NCBI GenBank assembly: GCA_951406725.2
Contig: OX597828.1
Span: forward strand, 63,364,001 to 63,428,000
Direction: 5' to 3'
DNA length: 64,000 nt
Source of the DNA: Octopus vulgaris
Lineage: Eukaryota
The translations under genes and the position numbers were made by a program. Below the pieces are notes generated by a model. That model made no database searches. It saw nothing but the letters and a program-made list of their open reading frames with translations, and was not told the origin of the DNA. Of this stretch, positions 1-14,276 are shown one piece after another (positions within the stretch are counted from its first letter, which is position 1; each line of letters begins with the position of its first letter).

Positions 1-137
1 CTATGCAGGGATGTGCCTATAAACTGTGATATCCTCTCGAGTGATGGTTCACAGTTGAATCACTTTATTATACCACAGCAGCCCAGTCGATTGGAAATGG
101 ATAGAGAGAAAAGAAAGTGTGCGTGTATGAGAAAGCA

Positions 138-192
<55 letters not shown>

Positions 193-592
193 GAAATAGA
201 GAGAGTTGTGAGAGTGAGGACAGTGTGTATGGGGAGGAGTGATAGTGAGAGAATTAAAGGGTAGTACATGTATATATATTTACAGATACATACACACACA
301 CACACATGCACAAACACTTATATACTTATACATGTGTTTGTGTATGCACATATGCAAATACATGCAAATGCAAGCACATGGATGTCATGTTTGATTTTGA
401 CGCACACACACACACATATACACATACACACTGTTTCATATTGCTATATAATTAGGTATAATCATTCTTTGAAATATGTATTTGACTGATAACACACATT
501 GTGATACAATAAAGTCGAAGTCAATCACGCACCATGCACACACACACACACACACACATACACACACATATATACTCATACACACATACCCA

Positions 593-1090
593 CATCATTG
601 GACTGTACAATGGCGATAGCCTAGCAGTCTTCACACAAACAAATGGCCGTACATGAGCTACGTGTGTGAGAAAATTATATTCCAGCCACCACCAAGAAAT
701 GCATAGTTAACTTCCAAGTTAATATTAGGCGAAGAAACAGCAAGCAAATGGAAAGAAGAATCTCTGCTCACAGACAATGATTCCAAATCCTGCTAAGATA
801 TGAAAAACATAACAAGTAGCAGAACAAAGAGGAAATCTAATATATCTTCAGGTGAGGCAACTTTTGAATTGCGCCACCAATTATCAAAATATTGCACTAA
901 TATAGCGCGTCCAAAGAATTTAGAAGAATCAGTTCATTATTCAAGAACGAGAAGCAATGGAAGGATTAATGAAATAAGATGATTCCACCCACCGTTCAAC
1001 AGACATTTAAGATTCAACATAACCAGAGAGTTCTTTGCCTTAAAAAACTCAATTCAAAGTATCACAATTGTTCAACAAACGTGTTTATAA
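593..1090 (+). mobile_element. Highly degenerate Penelope-like element RT fragment
   Basis: Translates as IIGLYNGDSLAVFTQTNGRT (cf. PLE RT motif GLYRDDGLA), then SNISSGEATFE and KYHNCSTN resembling PLE thumb/linker segments. Stops and deletions are present; flanked by microsatellites. Confidence 0.45.
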
Positions 1091-1094
1091 ATAC

Positions 1095-1189
<95 letters not shown>

Positions 1190-1359
1190 TGCGTGTGCGT
1201 GCGTGCGTGTGTGCGTGCGTGCGTGCGTGCGTGTGTGCGTGTGTGAATTTGGTGCGTGCGAGGTATGTGTATGCATATATATAATGTATATAAACGAATC
1301 TTGCAAACCAAATCCAACAACAAAATATATGTATATATATGTATATACTCTTTACTCTC

Positions 1360-1414
<55 letters not shown>

Positions 1415-1500
1415 CACATACACACACACACATATATATGTATGTATATATATATATATGGATACACACACACATATGTATATATGTACAAATACACACA

Positions 1501-1845
1501 CTAGCTGAGTAGCCTGTCGTTGCCGAGTAATTTTCCCAACAGAATGCCTTTATTTCAATTTTCTATTGAATATTTCTCCTGATCAGGACGGATTTCAGCA
1601 TTATTTGGGGGAATTTACAATGTCTCGATAATCATAAAATGTTTTTCCCTTTGGTTGGTTGATATAAAGACTTTCTCTTGCTTCCTACGCTCGAACATCC
1701 AACGTAAAGATGACCATGGGTGAAGCCGGACTCTACGAGATGTGAATCGACAACCGTAAATGTTTACCCTTGCCATTTCTTAATGCTCACGGCAAAACTA
1801 AGACTCACTGGAAATTGAAGACGTTCGAATTGAAATGGAACATCG
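1501..1845 (-). mobile_element. Helitron 3' end with PIF1-like helicase C-terminal remnant
   Basis: Minus strand 1844-1680 reads DVPFQFERLQFPVSLSFAVSIKKWQG*TFTVVDSHLVESGFTHGHLYVGCSSVG, matching the Helitron helicase end (PF.F.RLQFPV.LAFAMTINKSQG...FSHGQLYVA.SRV). The element ends in a subterminal hairpin plus CTAG at 1504-1501, followed by T. Confidence 0.8.
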
Positions 1846-2179
1846 TCTCCTGCGACGGAGGCTCTTGTGCACTTATCATCTAGTCGAAGCATCCGATGTT
1901 CGAGTGTCTCCTGAGCTCGCTGCTAATGCTTTGTGAGGGTCTTTCGAAAACAGCCGCAGTGAAGAAGTTCCTCATCCACAAGCATACACACACACTGACA
2001 GACAGACACATAGACACACACAGTGTGACGGATATACATATACAGAGAAAGAGTGAGTGAGAGAGTGTGATGAATATATACGGAGAGAGGGGAAAGTGTA
2101 CAATGGGAAAAGCTTAAATGACAGAAAGAGACAAACAGACAAGCAGACTAACAGACAAATAGACAGATAGACAGATAGA

Positions 2180-2330
2180 TAAGTTTCTTTATTAGCCACA
2201 CAGGGCTGCACACAGATGGGACAAGTTACAAGGTAGAGCTTTTCTTTTGGGGGAGAAAAAAAAAAGGTGGCGTAGGTTTTCGATCAAAAGGGATTGTAAA
2301 AGGGAAAAAATAAAGAAGAAAAAAAGGAAA
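2180..2330 (-). mobile_element. Probable L1/Tx1-type LINE 3' UTR tail
   Basis: Minus strand has a T-rich tract then ...ttgtcccatctgtgtgcagccctgtgtggctAATAAAgaaac ending at a (TATC/TGTC) microsatellite. A similar tail occurs in the SINE at 56640-56700. Confidence 0.4.
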
Positions 2331-3066
2331 AGAAAAAAAAAGAAAAAAGGGAAAAGATAGAGATAAATAGATAGATAGATAGATAGATAGACTAATAAAA
2401 TTTTTTTGATTAGTCTGAATAATAACTAAAAACTTTCTCCTTGGGATGAAGATCTCGAATATCAAATTCATTTTTCTCCAGGACGCACCGTTTCGGAGAC
2501 TTTCTGTGACGCACACCTATATATACGCACTGATACGTTTATACATATTTGGACAAGCCTAGATCACGTGGTGTTTGGTATACTCTAGGAATTCTAACGG
2601 GTCGTGAATCCCTTTGGTGTATTATTAGACGATGGTTTTATATATATATATACATATATATATATATACATATATATATATGCACACATGTGCACACACA
2701 TACACATATACACATACACATACATGCAGTCTGTGTACACCTCGTACACACTCATACCATCTGTCGTTTTGATTCCTCTCATAAAGCGGTTTTCCTTTTA
2801 CTCAGAAGCCCTTCAAAGTCCTCCTGATTCCTTTTCCCTCCAAATATGTTAATATATTTTTGTATTACGCATCTGACTGGCCCTTTCTTTTCCAATTTTA
2901 TATGCCTTTCCTATTCATTCCGAAGAAGGTCTAATGCCCAAAACGTCAAGACTCTCCATTCTCCTTTCAAGTGTCTCGATATTTAAACATACAAACATTA
3001 AAGCATCTTTTTGTTTATTTTTCCCATTTTAGCTGGCTTTGACTATGTATTATGCATAAACATACA

Positions 3067-3098
<32 letters not shown>

Positions 3099-3335
3099 CA
3101 TATACATACATTACAACACACATGCATGCATACATGCATACATACATAATACATCCACATATTTAAACATACAAACATTAAAGCACATATACATTATTTA
3201 TGTGTATATGTATTTATCTGTATGCTTGTGTGAGTGTGTGTGTGTATATATATATGCACATACTTACATATTCTATATATTTATACTTACATATATGTAT
3301 GTATATATGTACATGTGTATATGTATACATGAATG

Positions 3336-3394
<59 letters not shown>

Positions 3395-3833
3395 TATATA
3401 CGCACGTAAGTATAATAGGTGTAAAGAAGGAGGAGTTGTTTTTGCTCCTTTTTTTCTCTGGGCCAAAGAAATCCCGATTCTAAATATTTCAGCATAGAAA
3501 TCCTTTGTACAGAATTACAAACATATCAACCGCCACCGCCGTTGCCGCCGCAGCCGCCACAAAGAACAACAACAACAACAATAACAATAATAAATCAAAA
3601 TAATTAACTTCATTTACCGCAGCAACAACAAGAATGTATAATAAAGACCTTTTATTAAATAATGATGTAAATATATTTTCGTCTCCAATCTTCACTTTGG
3701 TCATGCCGCCATTTCTTGCGAAAGAATCCATTTAATTCATTCGCATTTGTTCCTTATTTCTTTGCTTTATATTTCATCTTTCTTTCTTGTTTTGTTACTT
3801 CTTCGTTGTCTTTTTATATTCTCTTTCTTTCTT

Positions 3834-3889
<56 letters not shown>

Positions 3890-3908
3890 TTTTCTTCGTT
3901 TCTTTCTT

Positions 3909-3943
<35 letters not shown>

Positions 3944-3946
3944 ATG

Positions 3947-4027
<81 letters not shown>

Positions 4028-5089
4028 ATATCTATCTATCTATTCATTCATTCATTCATTCATCCATTCATTCATTCATTCATTCATTCTTCTATGTCAT
4101 TCTTCCGTTATTCTATTTTGCATCTCTTTCATTCCACACACACTGTCCACAGTCTGTGTGGTCTTTGCACCCTCCTCTCTTCCCCTCTCTCCTTCACTAT
4201 CAGTTCTACTCTATCTCTCCTTTACACACACGCACTCTCTCTATCTCTCACTATCTTTCTCTAATTCTCCTCTTTTTCTAATCCTCTTCTCCTTCTATCT
4301 TAACGTCTCTCACTCTCTTCTCCACCACCACTACCACCTTCTTTATCAAAACATTCTTCTATTTTCACCAAACAAATCGTGATAGAATTGTTTTTAAAAC
4401 GTTGGCGCGTGAGCCTTATGTTGTTGTTATTGTTTTTATCTAGCGCCGTGTCAACCTTTCGTCCTGCAGACAAATGCTCAAAGCCTTTCCGACAATGACC
4501 ACTTCTCTCTTGTCTTCAGGAATAATATATATTTACGACCTCAGTATTCAATGAGTTTCTTTTAAAACGGTGTGATGTCAGATTTCGCTGCTATTTCCTC
4601 CAAGTTGAGCAACTGCATAGAAAATCGCTTATTGGCTCATGTTATGTTGTACAGCCGAGATGCGCTGTGTTGCAATTTGTTCTGTTAGAATTGTGTCAAG
4701 TGGTGCTTAGGGATCCTGTTTTATAATGACCATTGGTGTCCTGATCTCTTCGGCATATTAACAACATTAGAACTCCACATTGAACGCCACCCTCCCGGGT
4801 TAAACAATACCCTAGGCTCCTTGCATGTATGTCACAGTAGACAGGGATAAGTATTGGCTCCCTGGACATCTATGTGTCCCGGGTAGTTTCAGACGGTACA
4901 GGGGTTGGTTAGTGTTGTGTAATGTTCTGCAGTGTTGGTTGCATTGTATTATAGGCATTGTCTAATGTTGTGTTGTGGTGTTTAAGCCTGTACATTGTCA
5001 CCTGTACGTATCGCATCGTATTTTATTGAGGTTTTGTTCTGAATTGGATTTTGTTTTGTGGCGTACTTATCATTCATTCATATCGCTAC

Positions 5090-5340
5090 CACAACCAGCA
5101 CCACCACCAGCATCACCAGCACCACCACCAGCATCACCAGCACCACCACCAGCATCACCAGCACCAGCACCAGCACCAGCACCACCACCACCGCCCCACC
5201 ATTACAAACAACAACAGAAGAACCGCAATCACAACAATTACCACCATCACCACCACCACCATCACCACACCCGCCAATTCCACTACCAATATACCCCAAC
5301 CGCTACTATCACCGTCACCCTCACCACTAACACCTCCACC
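5090..5340. repeat. Low-complexity CAC/CAG/CAT minisatellite (about 21-bp unit accaccaccagcatcaccagc)
   Basis: Tandem units are directly visible and produce the Pro/His/Thr-rich spurious ORFs. Confidence 0.85.
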
Positions 5341-6779
5341 ATCCAGTCACCCCTTCTCTTTCCCTATTTGTCTCACTTCCATGGTGGTCTGCTCCATCAG
5401 CAGAAATCCCTAGTCATTGTAAACAGGATCCATACAGAAACAAAAACAATTTAACTACCCCCCACTTCACACTCCCTCGCTAATTACCCCTCTGCCCAAC
5501 ACTAATTACCACTACACTCACCATTCTTTTACATGCATTATACATACATAAACGCACACACATATTCATACACACATGTAAACACATAAATACATACACC
5601 CATGCATATGTATGTTACATATATGACATATATATGTATATATATGCATGTGTGTATATTTGTATGTATGTATGTATGTATGTATCAGCATGGCCACAGT
5701 TCATTAGCTGAAACTGGAAAAATCAAATCAAAATCATATATATATATATATATATATATCGTTGCTATTGTGCAAATGTGTCGTAAGTTCAAAACGTTGC
5801 TTTTTCAGAAAACGAAAAATTTGATCTACCATTCCATAGCAAAACCGTTGTATTTACACTTTGACAATTTTTGATATCTTGGCATATGAAGCAGCTGGAG
5901 ATATGGTAGTTTGACCAAAAGAACCGGCTATTGCAAGCAAAAATAAATATTGAAGAAAAAAAAACGCATTTGGCCAATTTTGCACATACGACAGTTTAAC
6001 ATAATAGCAACAATATATATATATAACAAAAATTGAACAAAAATTGAAAAGATTGGTAATTCAATTAGAGCTAAATTTATAAGTAATAACAAACGGAGAT
6101 TTATTAAAATGGCTAATAATAAACTCTTAAGTGGTAATGATTATAAGTTTGAAATAAATAAATATCAACCTCTAAATATAAAATAGGATATAGAGAAAAC
6201 AAATGCTGAATTGCCTTAGCAATCTAAGATAAATAATAAGCAACTTATAAATAATTATAATTATTCTTATCGTGACAAATTTGTAAATAATAAATCGGCA
6301 ATTTCCTTGAATACTCGTACCTTTGATAATTCTTGTGATATTCGTAATACAAAAAAATAAATCATATGCTGTTTGGCTCATCATTCCATATGCAATGTAA
6401 ATTAAAAACAATTTAATGAAATCTATATACAGGTCTATTTATAAGTATTTTAATAAGGATAACAGATATATTGAAATTATTAATCATAAGCATTTCAGAG
6501 TTGGTTATAGTTTAACTCGCAATCTCTTCGTGAGTATATCAAGGCTTAATAAAATCCTTACATCTAGGAACCATTTACTTAACCAAAGAAAAAAATATTA
6601 TCTTGTGTTCACTTAGTGAAACATGTTTTCTGTAAGTATATAATTAAACTATATAAGCCATTCCGAAATCCAGTATGATATGACGCAGAGCCTCAAACTC
6701 AGGATAGGCTAGAGAACGGCGTTTTGGCGGGACACTGACGACGTGGAATGCATAATTGCGTAACGTCTTTACTTGTCAT

Positions 6780-7080
6780 GTAATTATTTGAGCATTTTGA
6801 TGAGACACGCATATGTGGAATTTGGGAGGTCCTTCTTGCTTATGAAGTATTTCTCCTGCTCCTGTATATTGAAGACTTCCTTCTTGGTGGGATGTAATGT
6901 AACTATCACAGGTCAAAGAGAGGCTACTCTTTCTGCCAATGCAGTTGTTACCCTCCAGCTAATGGGGTATGTACCCATGCATTGTTTTTTTGCAAGTATG
7001 ATGTCTGCTTCTCCTCCACGTATCTGCTTATTTTCAAAAATCTTGTCGCTTTGTTAGCGACCGGCTTGAACTCTCTGAAG
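6780..7080 (-). mobile_element. Degenerate PLE GIY-YIG endonuclease fragment
   Basis: Minus strand gives RYVEE (cf. YVGE) and IQEQEKYFISK (cf. NMEKHFIAK in the GIY-YIG at 25080), with stops. Confidence 0.4.
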
Positions 7081-7125
7081 AAGTTAAATCTCAAAGTAAA
7101 AACCGCAAACACACACACGTGTGTA

Positions 7126-7162
<37 letters not shown>

Positions 7163-7163
<1 letters not shown>

Positions 7164-7405
7164 GGCGAAGGAGTGGCTGTGTGGTAAGTAGCTTGCCTAC
7201 CAACCACATGGTTCCGGGTTCACATGCTTGACAACCGATGCTGGTGTGTTTACGTCCCCGTCACTTAGCGGTTCGGCAAAAGAGACCGGTAGAATAAGTA
7301 CTGGGCTTACAAAGAATAAGTCCCGAGGTCGATTTGCTCGACTAAAGGCGGTGCTCCTGCATGGCCGCAGTCAAAATGACTGAAACAAGTAAAAGAGTAA
7401 AGAGT
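7163..7405 (+). mobile_element. tRNA-derived SINE family A (internally deleted copy)
   Basis: Head ggagtggctgtgtggtaag...gggttca (A/B-box-like). Tail ggcggtgctcctgcatggccgcagtc...gaaacaagtaaaagagt. Homologous copies at 11296, 30500, 48370 and 49808. Confidence 0.85.
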
Positions 7406-7736
7406 ATACGTACATTCATAGGTGTTTGTATTCATACATACATACGCGCGTATGCACACAAATCCATAATGAACGAATACAACATATATGTACACAGTCA
7501 TTCATCCTTTCACATATACATTCGCATGCGTGCACAATAACGAAGCTGGCAGAGGAAAATATAGACGGAGAGGGCGAGGAAGGAGATGCAAAAAGCTTCT
7601 AAAACGAAGAACGTTTAAATGCCTTTTCTTTCTTTGTTATCATTTTGATATATCACAGATACTAACACCAAATTCTAACCCTTAAAATTTAATCCTAATC
7701 CAAACCCTTTCTTCCTCATCCAAAGACACACTTTAC

Positions 7737-7846
7737 TGTTTAACGTTAATTTCTGTTAACATTAATTTTGTTTAACGTTAATTTCTGTTAACATTAATTT
7801 TGTTTAACGTTAATTTCTGTTAACATTAATTTTGTTTAACGTTAAT
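7737..7846. repeat. 32-bp tandem repeat, about 3.5 copies
   Basis: Unit tgtttaacgttaatttctgttaacattaattt is repeated head to tail with no spacers. Confidence 0.9.
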
Positions 7847-8467
7847 GTCTTATTATACATTGTACATACACTGTTTTTAGAACTATTTTCCTCATGGTCC
7901 AATGTATCTACATTATTTTATATTGCAACCCTCTTGACCTACAACTCTTATTTCCCGTTATTTTCTCCTTATTGCTGCTGCAAATAAAATATTCGTTTAA
8001 CGTTATTTTTCGCACCAACACAACCATCAACTGCGCTTCAAATGTTCACCTGTCAGTATTGTCTTCCACGTGACCTATTCCAGCTCCCATAATTGTTTGA
8101 CGTCATTGTCTGCCTTAGAATTACTTGTCTCTATAATGTTTGTTTAACGATAATTTCTACTAAAATCTCCACTTAGCGCTATTTCCTTCTCTATCAGCCA
8201 TTGTAGCTACATCTTTCGTTTAACATGGTTTTCGTGTTATTATCAATTACATAAGCGATTCAACGTGAGCGCCTCGGCGAAATGGTTTAATGTAGTAGAA
8301 ATAGCAGCCAGATCGTCTTAAATAACGTAAGAACTCATTCTATAATGCAGTCTTCGATACACTATGTCGAAACAAAAGTCGCAGTGATAACGAGTGGAGT
8401 GTCCTTCATCATAGCTTCTCAGTGAAAGCTGACCTGAGACTAGGCAACAGCACACACACACAAAAAA

Positions 8468-8510
<43 letters not shown>

Positions 8511-9010
8511 GCCGTGACCATCATTACAACAATAACAATCGCGGCCCATGGAATAACCCCACCACCACCACCACCAACAACAACACTATAACAACTCATT
8601 TTACAAATCACTATAACAAATCATTTTATAGTTTTCCACCATTTTCATTATTCGTAAATTTTCCCACAATGCCTTCTTGTCTCCTTCTCGAACGTTCTCT
8701 TTTTCTCACTTTCTTCCAGCTTCGCCTCCTTTTCCTTTATTCAAATTTTTGCTTATTTCTTTCTTTCTTTCTTTCTTTCGTTCTTTTTCATTCTATCAAT
8801 CTATTTTTTCGTTCTCTCTCTCCCTCTCCCTCCCCCTCTCCCTTTATCATCTCGACTCAATTATCTTTTTCTTCAGTAAATGAATGTCGACTTATTGTAA
8901 AAACACAAACCGTGTTGTGTCTGCAATGGGGTGAAAGAAGAATTGCGTGTGTGTGTGTGTGTGTGTGTGCTTGTGTAAATGTATGTATGGACATGCGTGT
9001 GTGTATGTAA

Positions 9011-9063
<53 letters not shown>

Positions 9064-9624
9064 TATATACACACATACATATATATGTATATTTTCATTA
9101 AATTTTACTTAGATTTGGCGCACGTATTTGTGTTTACATATATACATCGATACATGCGTACGTACATGCTCTCCTACGTATATACGCACATGCACATACA
9201 CATATATACGCATGCATACATAAGTGTATGTGTGCGTGCGTGCGCATGCGCATTACTTCCAATACCATAGGGAAAGGCGATTAGAAAACAAAAGAGCAAA
9301 CGAGAATAAAATGCATGTTGCGGGGTGTGGGTGGGTGGGTGGGGGGCAATTCCCAGTTGGATAATCCTTGAATAATACTTAACTCCGCCATAACATAAGA
9401 GGGGAAGGAGGAGGAGGAGGAGGAGGAAGAGTGGGGGATGAAGGACATGTGTGTGGGAGAGGGAGAACGATGTAAAGGACGAGATTTGGGGAGTGAGTAG
9501 AATGGACCCGTCAGGAAAAGAAAAAAGAAAATTGCCAAGCGTTCCTTTCGCCCTTCCACCCACCCTGTTACTTCCTTACCTTAATGACAAATAATAATAA
9601 TGATGATGACGACGATGATGGCGA

Positions 9625-9837
9625 TTCTTTCTACTAAAGGCGCAAGGCCTGAAATTATGGGGAAGATCGCTAGTCGATTGCATCGACACCCCCTAGTTCA
9701 CCACTGGTACTTAATTCATCGACTTTGAAAGGACGAAAGGCAAAGTCAACGTTGGCGGCATTTGAACTCAGAACGTAAAGAACCGGATGGAATGCCATGA
9801 GCTTTTTGTGCGACGCACTAACGATTCTGCCAGCTCT
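9625..9837 (-). mobile_element. tRNA-derived SINE family B (MetaSINE-like central domain)
   Basis: Reverse complement matches gagctggcagaatcgttag...ctgagttcaaat...gactttgcctttc, as in the copy at 56468. Confidence 0.75.
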
Positions 9838-11177
9838 TACTTTATTATTACCACAAGTGCAACGGATAGCGGCGTCACAAGGAGAAATTATAAAGCGATG
9901 GGGGAGGTTACACAGAATCAAAGATGAGAAAACCGGCGTAAAAAAATAAAAACAGGAAATGAAAGCCTTTATTAGGTGGACAGCCAGAAGGGGTCCAATC
10001 AAGGGACTCTACGGATTCAGAATTAACTTTAATATGGAGGAGCAAATAATCTTTGCCAACTGAGTTCTTCACCATAGGTGTCCGCAGAATAACAAAACCA
10101 GTCGGTGGAATCATTAGAGCGTTGGATAAATTAATTTGCAGTAATCGTTCCGGATACTTGCCCTCTGTGTTCAAATCCTACCACAGTTCATTTTTATCCT
10201 TTCATATAATGTCGATCCAGTCGGTGCTTCTCACTCTCTTTTTCTTTTTTTGTTTGTCTCTTTCTCTGGCAGAAATAGGCTGCGGTCAGACCAAGAGAGA
10301 GAGATGGGTGCTTCACGAGGTCTGAAAATATCCGAGACACGCAGTATGTCAGAACGACGACGTCCCACGAAAGGGTTAAAGACCCACAAGGAATATGCCG
10401 AGCAGAAGCCTATTCTCTCGGTTTATACATGACATTATCATGCATATTTCAGTAAATTTACTGCGTGAAGGGGAACAGTATTTCCGTCTCCATCCTTATC
10501 TTTCTCTCTAAGAGACGATGAAAAAATACTGAGGAGGGCTTGGCCCAATAGAAAAATGTCGGGCTTCAGTTCTTTAACTGCTGAACATCATGCATTCACT
10601 TTGACCATGACTACCAGAAAGTGAAAAACTGCCGGCGTTTCATGACCAAACGAATGCAGGGAGCCGATCTTCACGTACGATCATTTCCGTGTCCACCCAA
10701 CAAACGACAACAACTTCGTCAGCAATGCTCTGACACAAACAGAATATATTTAGAACGATTTCCTCGCTTTGCACGGATAGGTTCCCGTGGACGGATAGGT
10801 TCGCTTTGCCCGGAGAGGTCCCCGTGGACGGCTGTTTCATATCTGTGTATGTCTCTTATAACGCTGCAACATTAGGAATTTTTGAAAACTGTCCGTAGTC
10901 TTCGGACAGTGGTTGTCCAGAATAGACTATTCAGTTGATAGTCGACATCCATTTTCAAAGCAACAGTTTCACATTACTAATCATCAATGAACTGCGTCCG
11001 TACTGGGGTACCACCATGAAGGGTGATCAAATCAACCCCAATTCTTATTCTAAAGTCTGATGTTTATTCTATCGCTCTCTTTTCTCGAATCGCAAAATTA
11101 CGAGGTCCCAAACATCAACACCAATTGTCAGATACAGAGACACAAACACAAATCATAATGACTCCCGCACATGCACT

Positions 11178-11295
<118 letters not shown>

Positions 11296-11458
11296 GTTGC
11301 AGGCGTGGGTGTGTGGTAAGAGGCTTGCTTTTCAACCATATGGTTCTAGGTTCAGTCCCTCTGCGTGGTACCTTGGTCAAGTGTCTTCTACTATAACCTC
11401 AGGCCAACCAAAGCCTTGTGAGCGGATTTAGTAGACGGAAACTGAAAGAAGACCGTCG

Positions 11459-11510
<52 letters not shown>

Positions 11511-11720
11511 CAAACATATATATATACATGTGTGTGTGTGTGTGTGTGTGTATTTGTGTCTGTGTTTGTCTCCCCATCCCCGCTTGACAACCGGTGTTGG
11601 TGTGTTTACATCCCCGCCACTTACTGGTTCGACAAAAGCCCGATAGAATAAGTACGGTTTCTTTGACTAAGACTGTTCTAGCATGGCCGTTGTCAAATGA
11701 CTGAACCAAGTAAAAGATTA
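11296..11720 (+). mobile_element. SINE family A, near full-length, with internal (TA)n/(TG)n microsatellite
   Basis: tRNA-like head, accttggtcaagtgtcttctactata body, internal microsatellite and family tail. Confidence 0.85.
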
Positions 11721-11751
11721 AAAAAATTATAGAATACATGTTTGTTTGTTT

Positions 11752-11790
<39 letters not shown>

Positions 11791-12559
11791 TGTGTGTGTA
11801 CGTGTGTGTGTGTGTGTATGTGCGTATGAAGATGCCCACGTGTATTTGCGTGTGCAAACAGAATTACGTCTCTTATGTTCGGTTAACATATTTATTGTAG
11901 ACTTAGAAGTGGATCCCTTGGTGAGACCACGGGGCTTCAACTCACTTGGAATTCGGATCGAACTTACAAGTTTTTACCTTACATCAAAGAACTGTCAAGG
12001 ATAGCTTATTTGTTTCTCACAAGTCACCGAAAGTATATAGCGTAACCTTCTTAATGGAATTAAAAGAAAATGTCGCCAAGCATAACTAAACTGACACGAA
12101 TGTAGCAGGTCAGCAGACATGTAAGAGAAGCGCAAAGTACTTCGAGGAGTCGTTTAGGCTTGGATCTGTATCAAGTGGGACATTCACGGAACAGTAAACC
12201 CAGTGATTTATTTTGAATAATTAATTCTCTGAAGAAATAAATCATTAAATCAGGATTTGACATATTTGGGACTATTCTGGTCGGTGCTGTACAAACTTAA
12301 TTGTTTACTGTGGCTGTTTTCCCATCTTGTGACGTTAACACGCACGTTAGTTTATATTTTGGCGGATATTACTGGTTCATCTGGAGTTCAAATTCCGCCG
12401 CGGTAGACTTTACGTTTCATCCAGTTGGGGTCGATAAAATAAGTACCAGTCATGTACTTGGGTCGATGTCATCGATTTACCCCTCCCCAAAATACGAAAC
12501 CAGTGTTACTGGTTCATCCCAGCGTGAGTCTTAGAAACCATTACAGTTTGCCCTACAAA

Positions 12560-14250
12560 TACTTATGAGCAGAATGCACAAAGGAAATTCTTCAGGAGTC
12601 CGGAGGAGTCACCCCGTCTCATCCGAGTCCACCTCGAAGATATAGACAGCCACCAGCCTTAGAACACCGCCTTGACTCTTGGTCACACCTAGGACTAAAG
12701 AAGTGCTACAACGGCCCTAAAATATTAACCATACCTTGATACTTAAGCCTTTCTTAAACAATATAGCCACCCTACAAGATATTGGTGACGTAAAGAAGTG
12801 TACACCTTGTATGCAATCGGGAAGGAGACGTGCGGATGACTGCTTGCTGGAAATCACAATCCCGTTGCTGGCCACCATGCTCAAATTAAATATTTTGAGG
12901 CCATTGAGTCAGTGGTTCTGCTTCCACAAACCTTCACCAGTTCACAAACATTCTAACATCCGGTCTTCAGTTTTGTTGTTGCAGTGAGAGAAAGATAACG
13001 AGGTGATCCATGTTGTACTTATTTGAGCGAAGCGTTTGCCATTAACCTCACAAAATGTCACAGAAGCGTCCTTCTACAACTCTGTCTCCTCGGACAAAGC
13101 ACAAGAAACTGAAAAAAATTATCCTATTTTTCTTCAGCTTTACTGTGTCATAGGTTGTTGTATGATTAAAAACTGAAAATTTCCCAAGATTCTATCTCTC
13201 GTAAATGTGAGGAATTGCCCAAGGAATTCTAATACCCAAGTCGACTTTTTGTGTCTCGTCGGAGGACGGCAGAACCCTTATGAATCTCTGTGAGAGGTTT
13301 ATGGATCGAGCCACGATCAGGTCCTTAGTTCGACAATGAGATACCCTAAGCACAAAGAGGAACGGTCTTGTGTAACCTGTCGCATCTACTGTCTCTTTTT
13401 TTGCGCAAATCTTTGGACTAATCAGTGTCTCTGGCCACATTCGCAAATGTTAATGTTATTACTGCTCCTCAAGTGCAAAACATGGCGACATTAGTGCTGC
13501 TGCTGCTGCTGCTGCTGTTGTTGTTGTTGTTGTTAAGCAACAAGATGGGTAAGGGTGATTAGGTGATGGTCTAGGGCTTAGGGGCGGGAGACCCCAGACC
13601 TTGGGAAAAAAAACTTTGGTCGTCTTGTTGTAGTCGAGGGCTCTTCGTTGACGCCTGACACCACTGGGAGGTGGCCCTCGAAGTCGCTGGAAATGGAGAT
13701 CTCCAGGTCCAAATTCTTGAACGGCTGCTTCTGCTGCTGCCGCTGTCTGCAGTGACAACGGTTGTGGCAGTGGTGGTGGGCTGGGGGTGACAGGATTGTA
13801 GATTTCGAACTTTTGGCCTCGGTGCTGCTGCTTTTTGGTGATAATGCATAAGAAAGACCTCTGGGAATTTGGCACATACACACGGCGTGCAGAAAATAGC
13901 CGCCCTGAGTATTGCAGACAGAATCACGAAAACTAGTTTCAATATATTAGAAAACACAAAAAGCGAAAAACAAAGCAAAAAAAAACAAAAACATTGCACA
14001 TACCCCGGGTAGACAGGGCAGTGATCTGCTGGGTAACGACAGCACGAAATTAAAAATAAAATAAATAAACTAATGTCTACTATATAAAATTTGCACAACT
14101 GACATATTTTTGTTAGGGAAGGGCCTGATCTGGAGGGGGTTGACAGAATAAATCCAACACTTGTACGGCAATTAGATTTTATCAGCTCTTTCAGGGGTTG
14201 ATAGAAATTGATTACTTTTTCACGTTGTTTCCAGACTGAGAACATTTGAA
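12560..14250 (-). mobile_element. Degenerate Tx1/L1-like LINE 5' part (AP endonuclease N-terminus; possible ORF1 remnants upstream)
   Basis: Minus strand 12905-12560 reads ...SCRVAILFKKGLSIKVWLIF*GRCSTSLVLGVTKSQGGVLRLVAVY..., matching APE motifs GVAILF.K and RLVAVYAP. The upstream GC/Pro-rich stretch (13460-14250) is where ORF1 would sit, but that assignment is inference. Confidence 0.5.
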
Positions 14251-14276
14251 TAGAGAAGTACGACTACCACAACTGA

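Noticed and set aside
4975-5454. Proline/histidine-rich ORF
   Set aside because: Derived from the CAC/CAG minisatellite; no start context or splice support.
6724-6770. Hammerhead at CTGACGA...GTAACGTC
   Set aside because: GAAA is mutated and stem I is unsupported; too degenerate to call.
7737-7846. CRISPR-like array
   Set aside because: Repeats are contiguous with no unique spacers, there are no cas genes, and the context is eukaryotic.
10430-11010. Possible additional mariner relic on the minus strand
   Set aside because: Only an HDN-like triplet and vague similarity; no TIRs identified.
13459-14245. Minus-strand ORFs of 140, 224 and 101 aa as a host gene
   Set aside because: No recognisable domain, and three overlapping frames are open. 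They lie just upstream of a decayed LINE endonuclease on the same strand, so ORF1 debris is the simpler reading. Not fully excluded.
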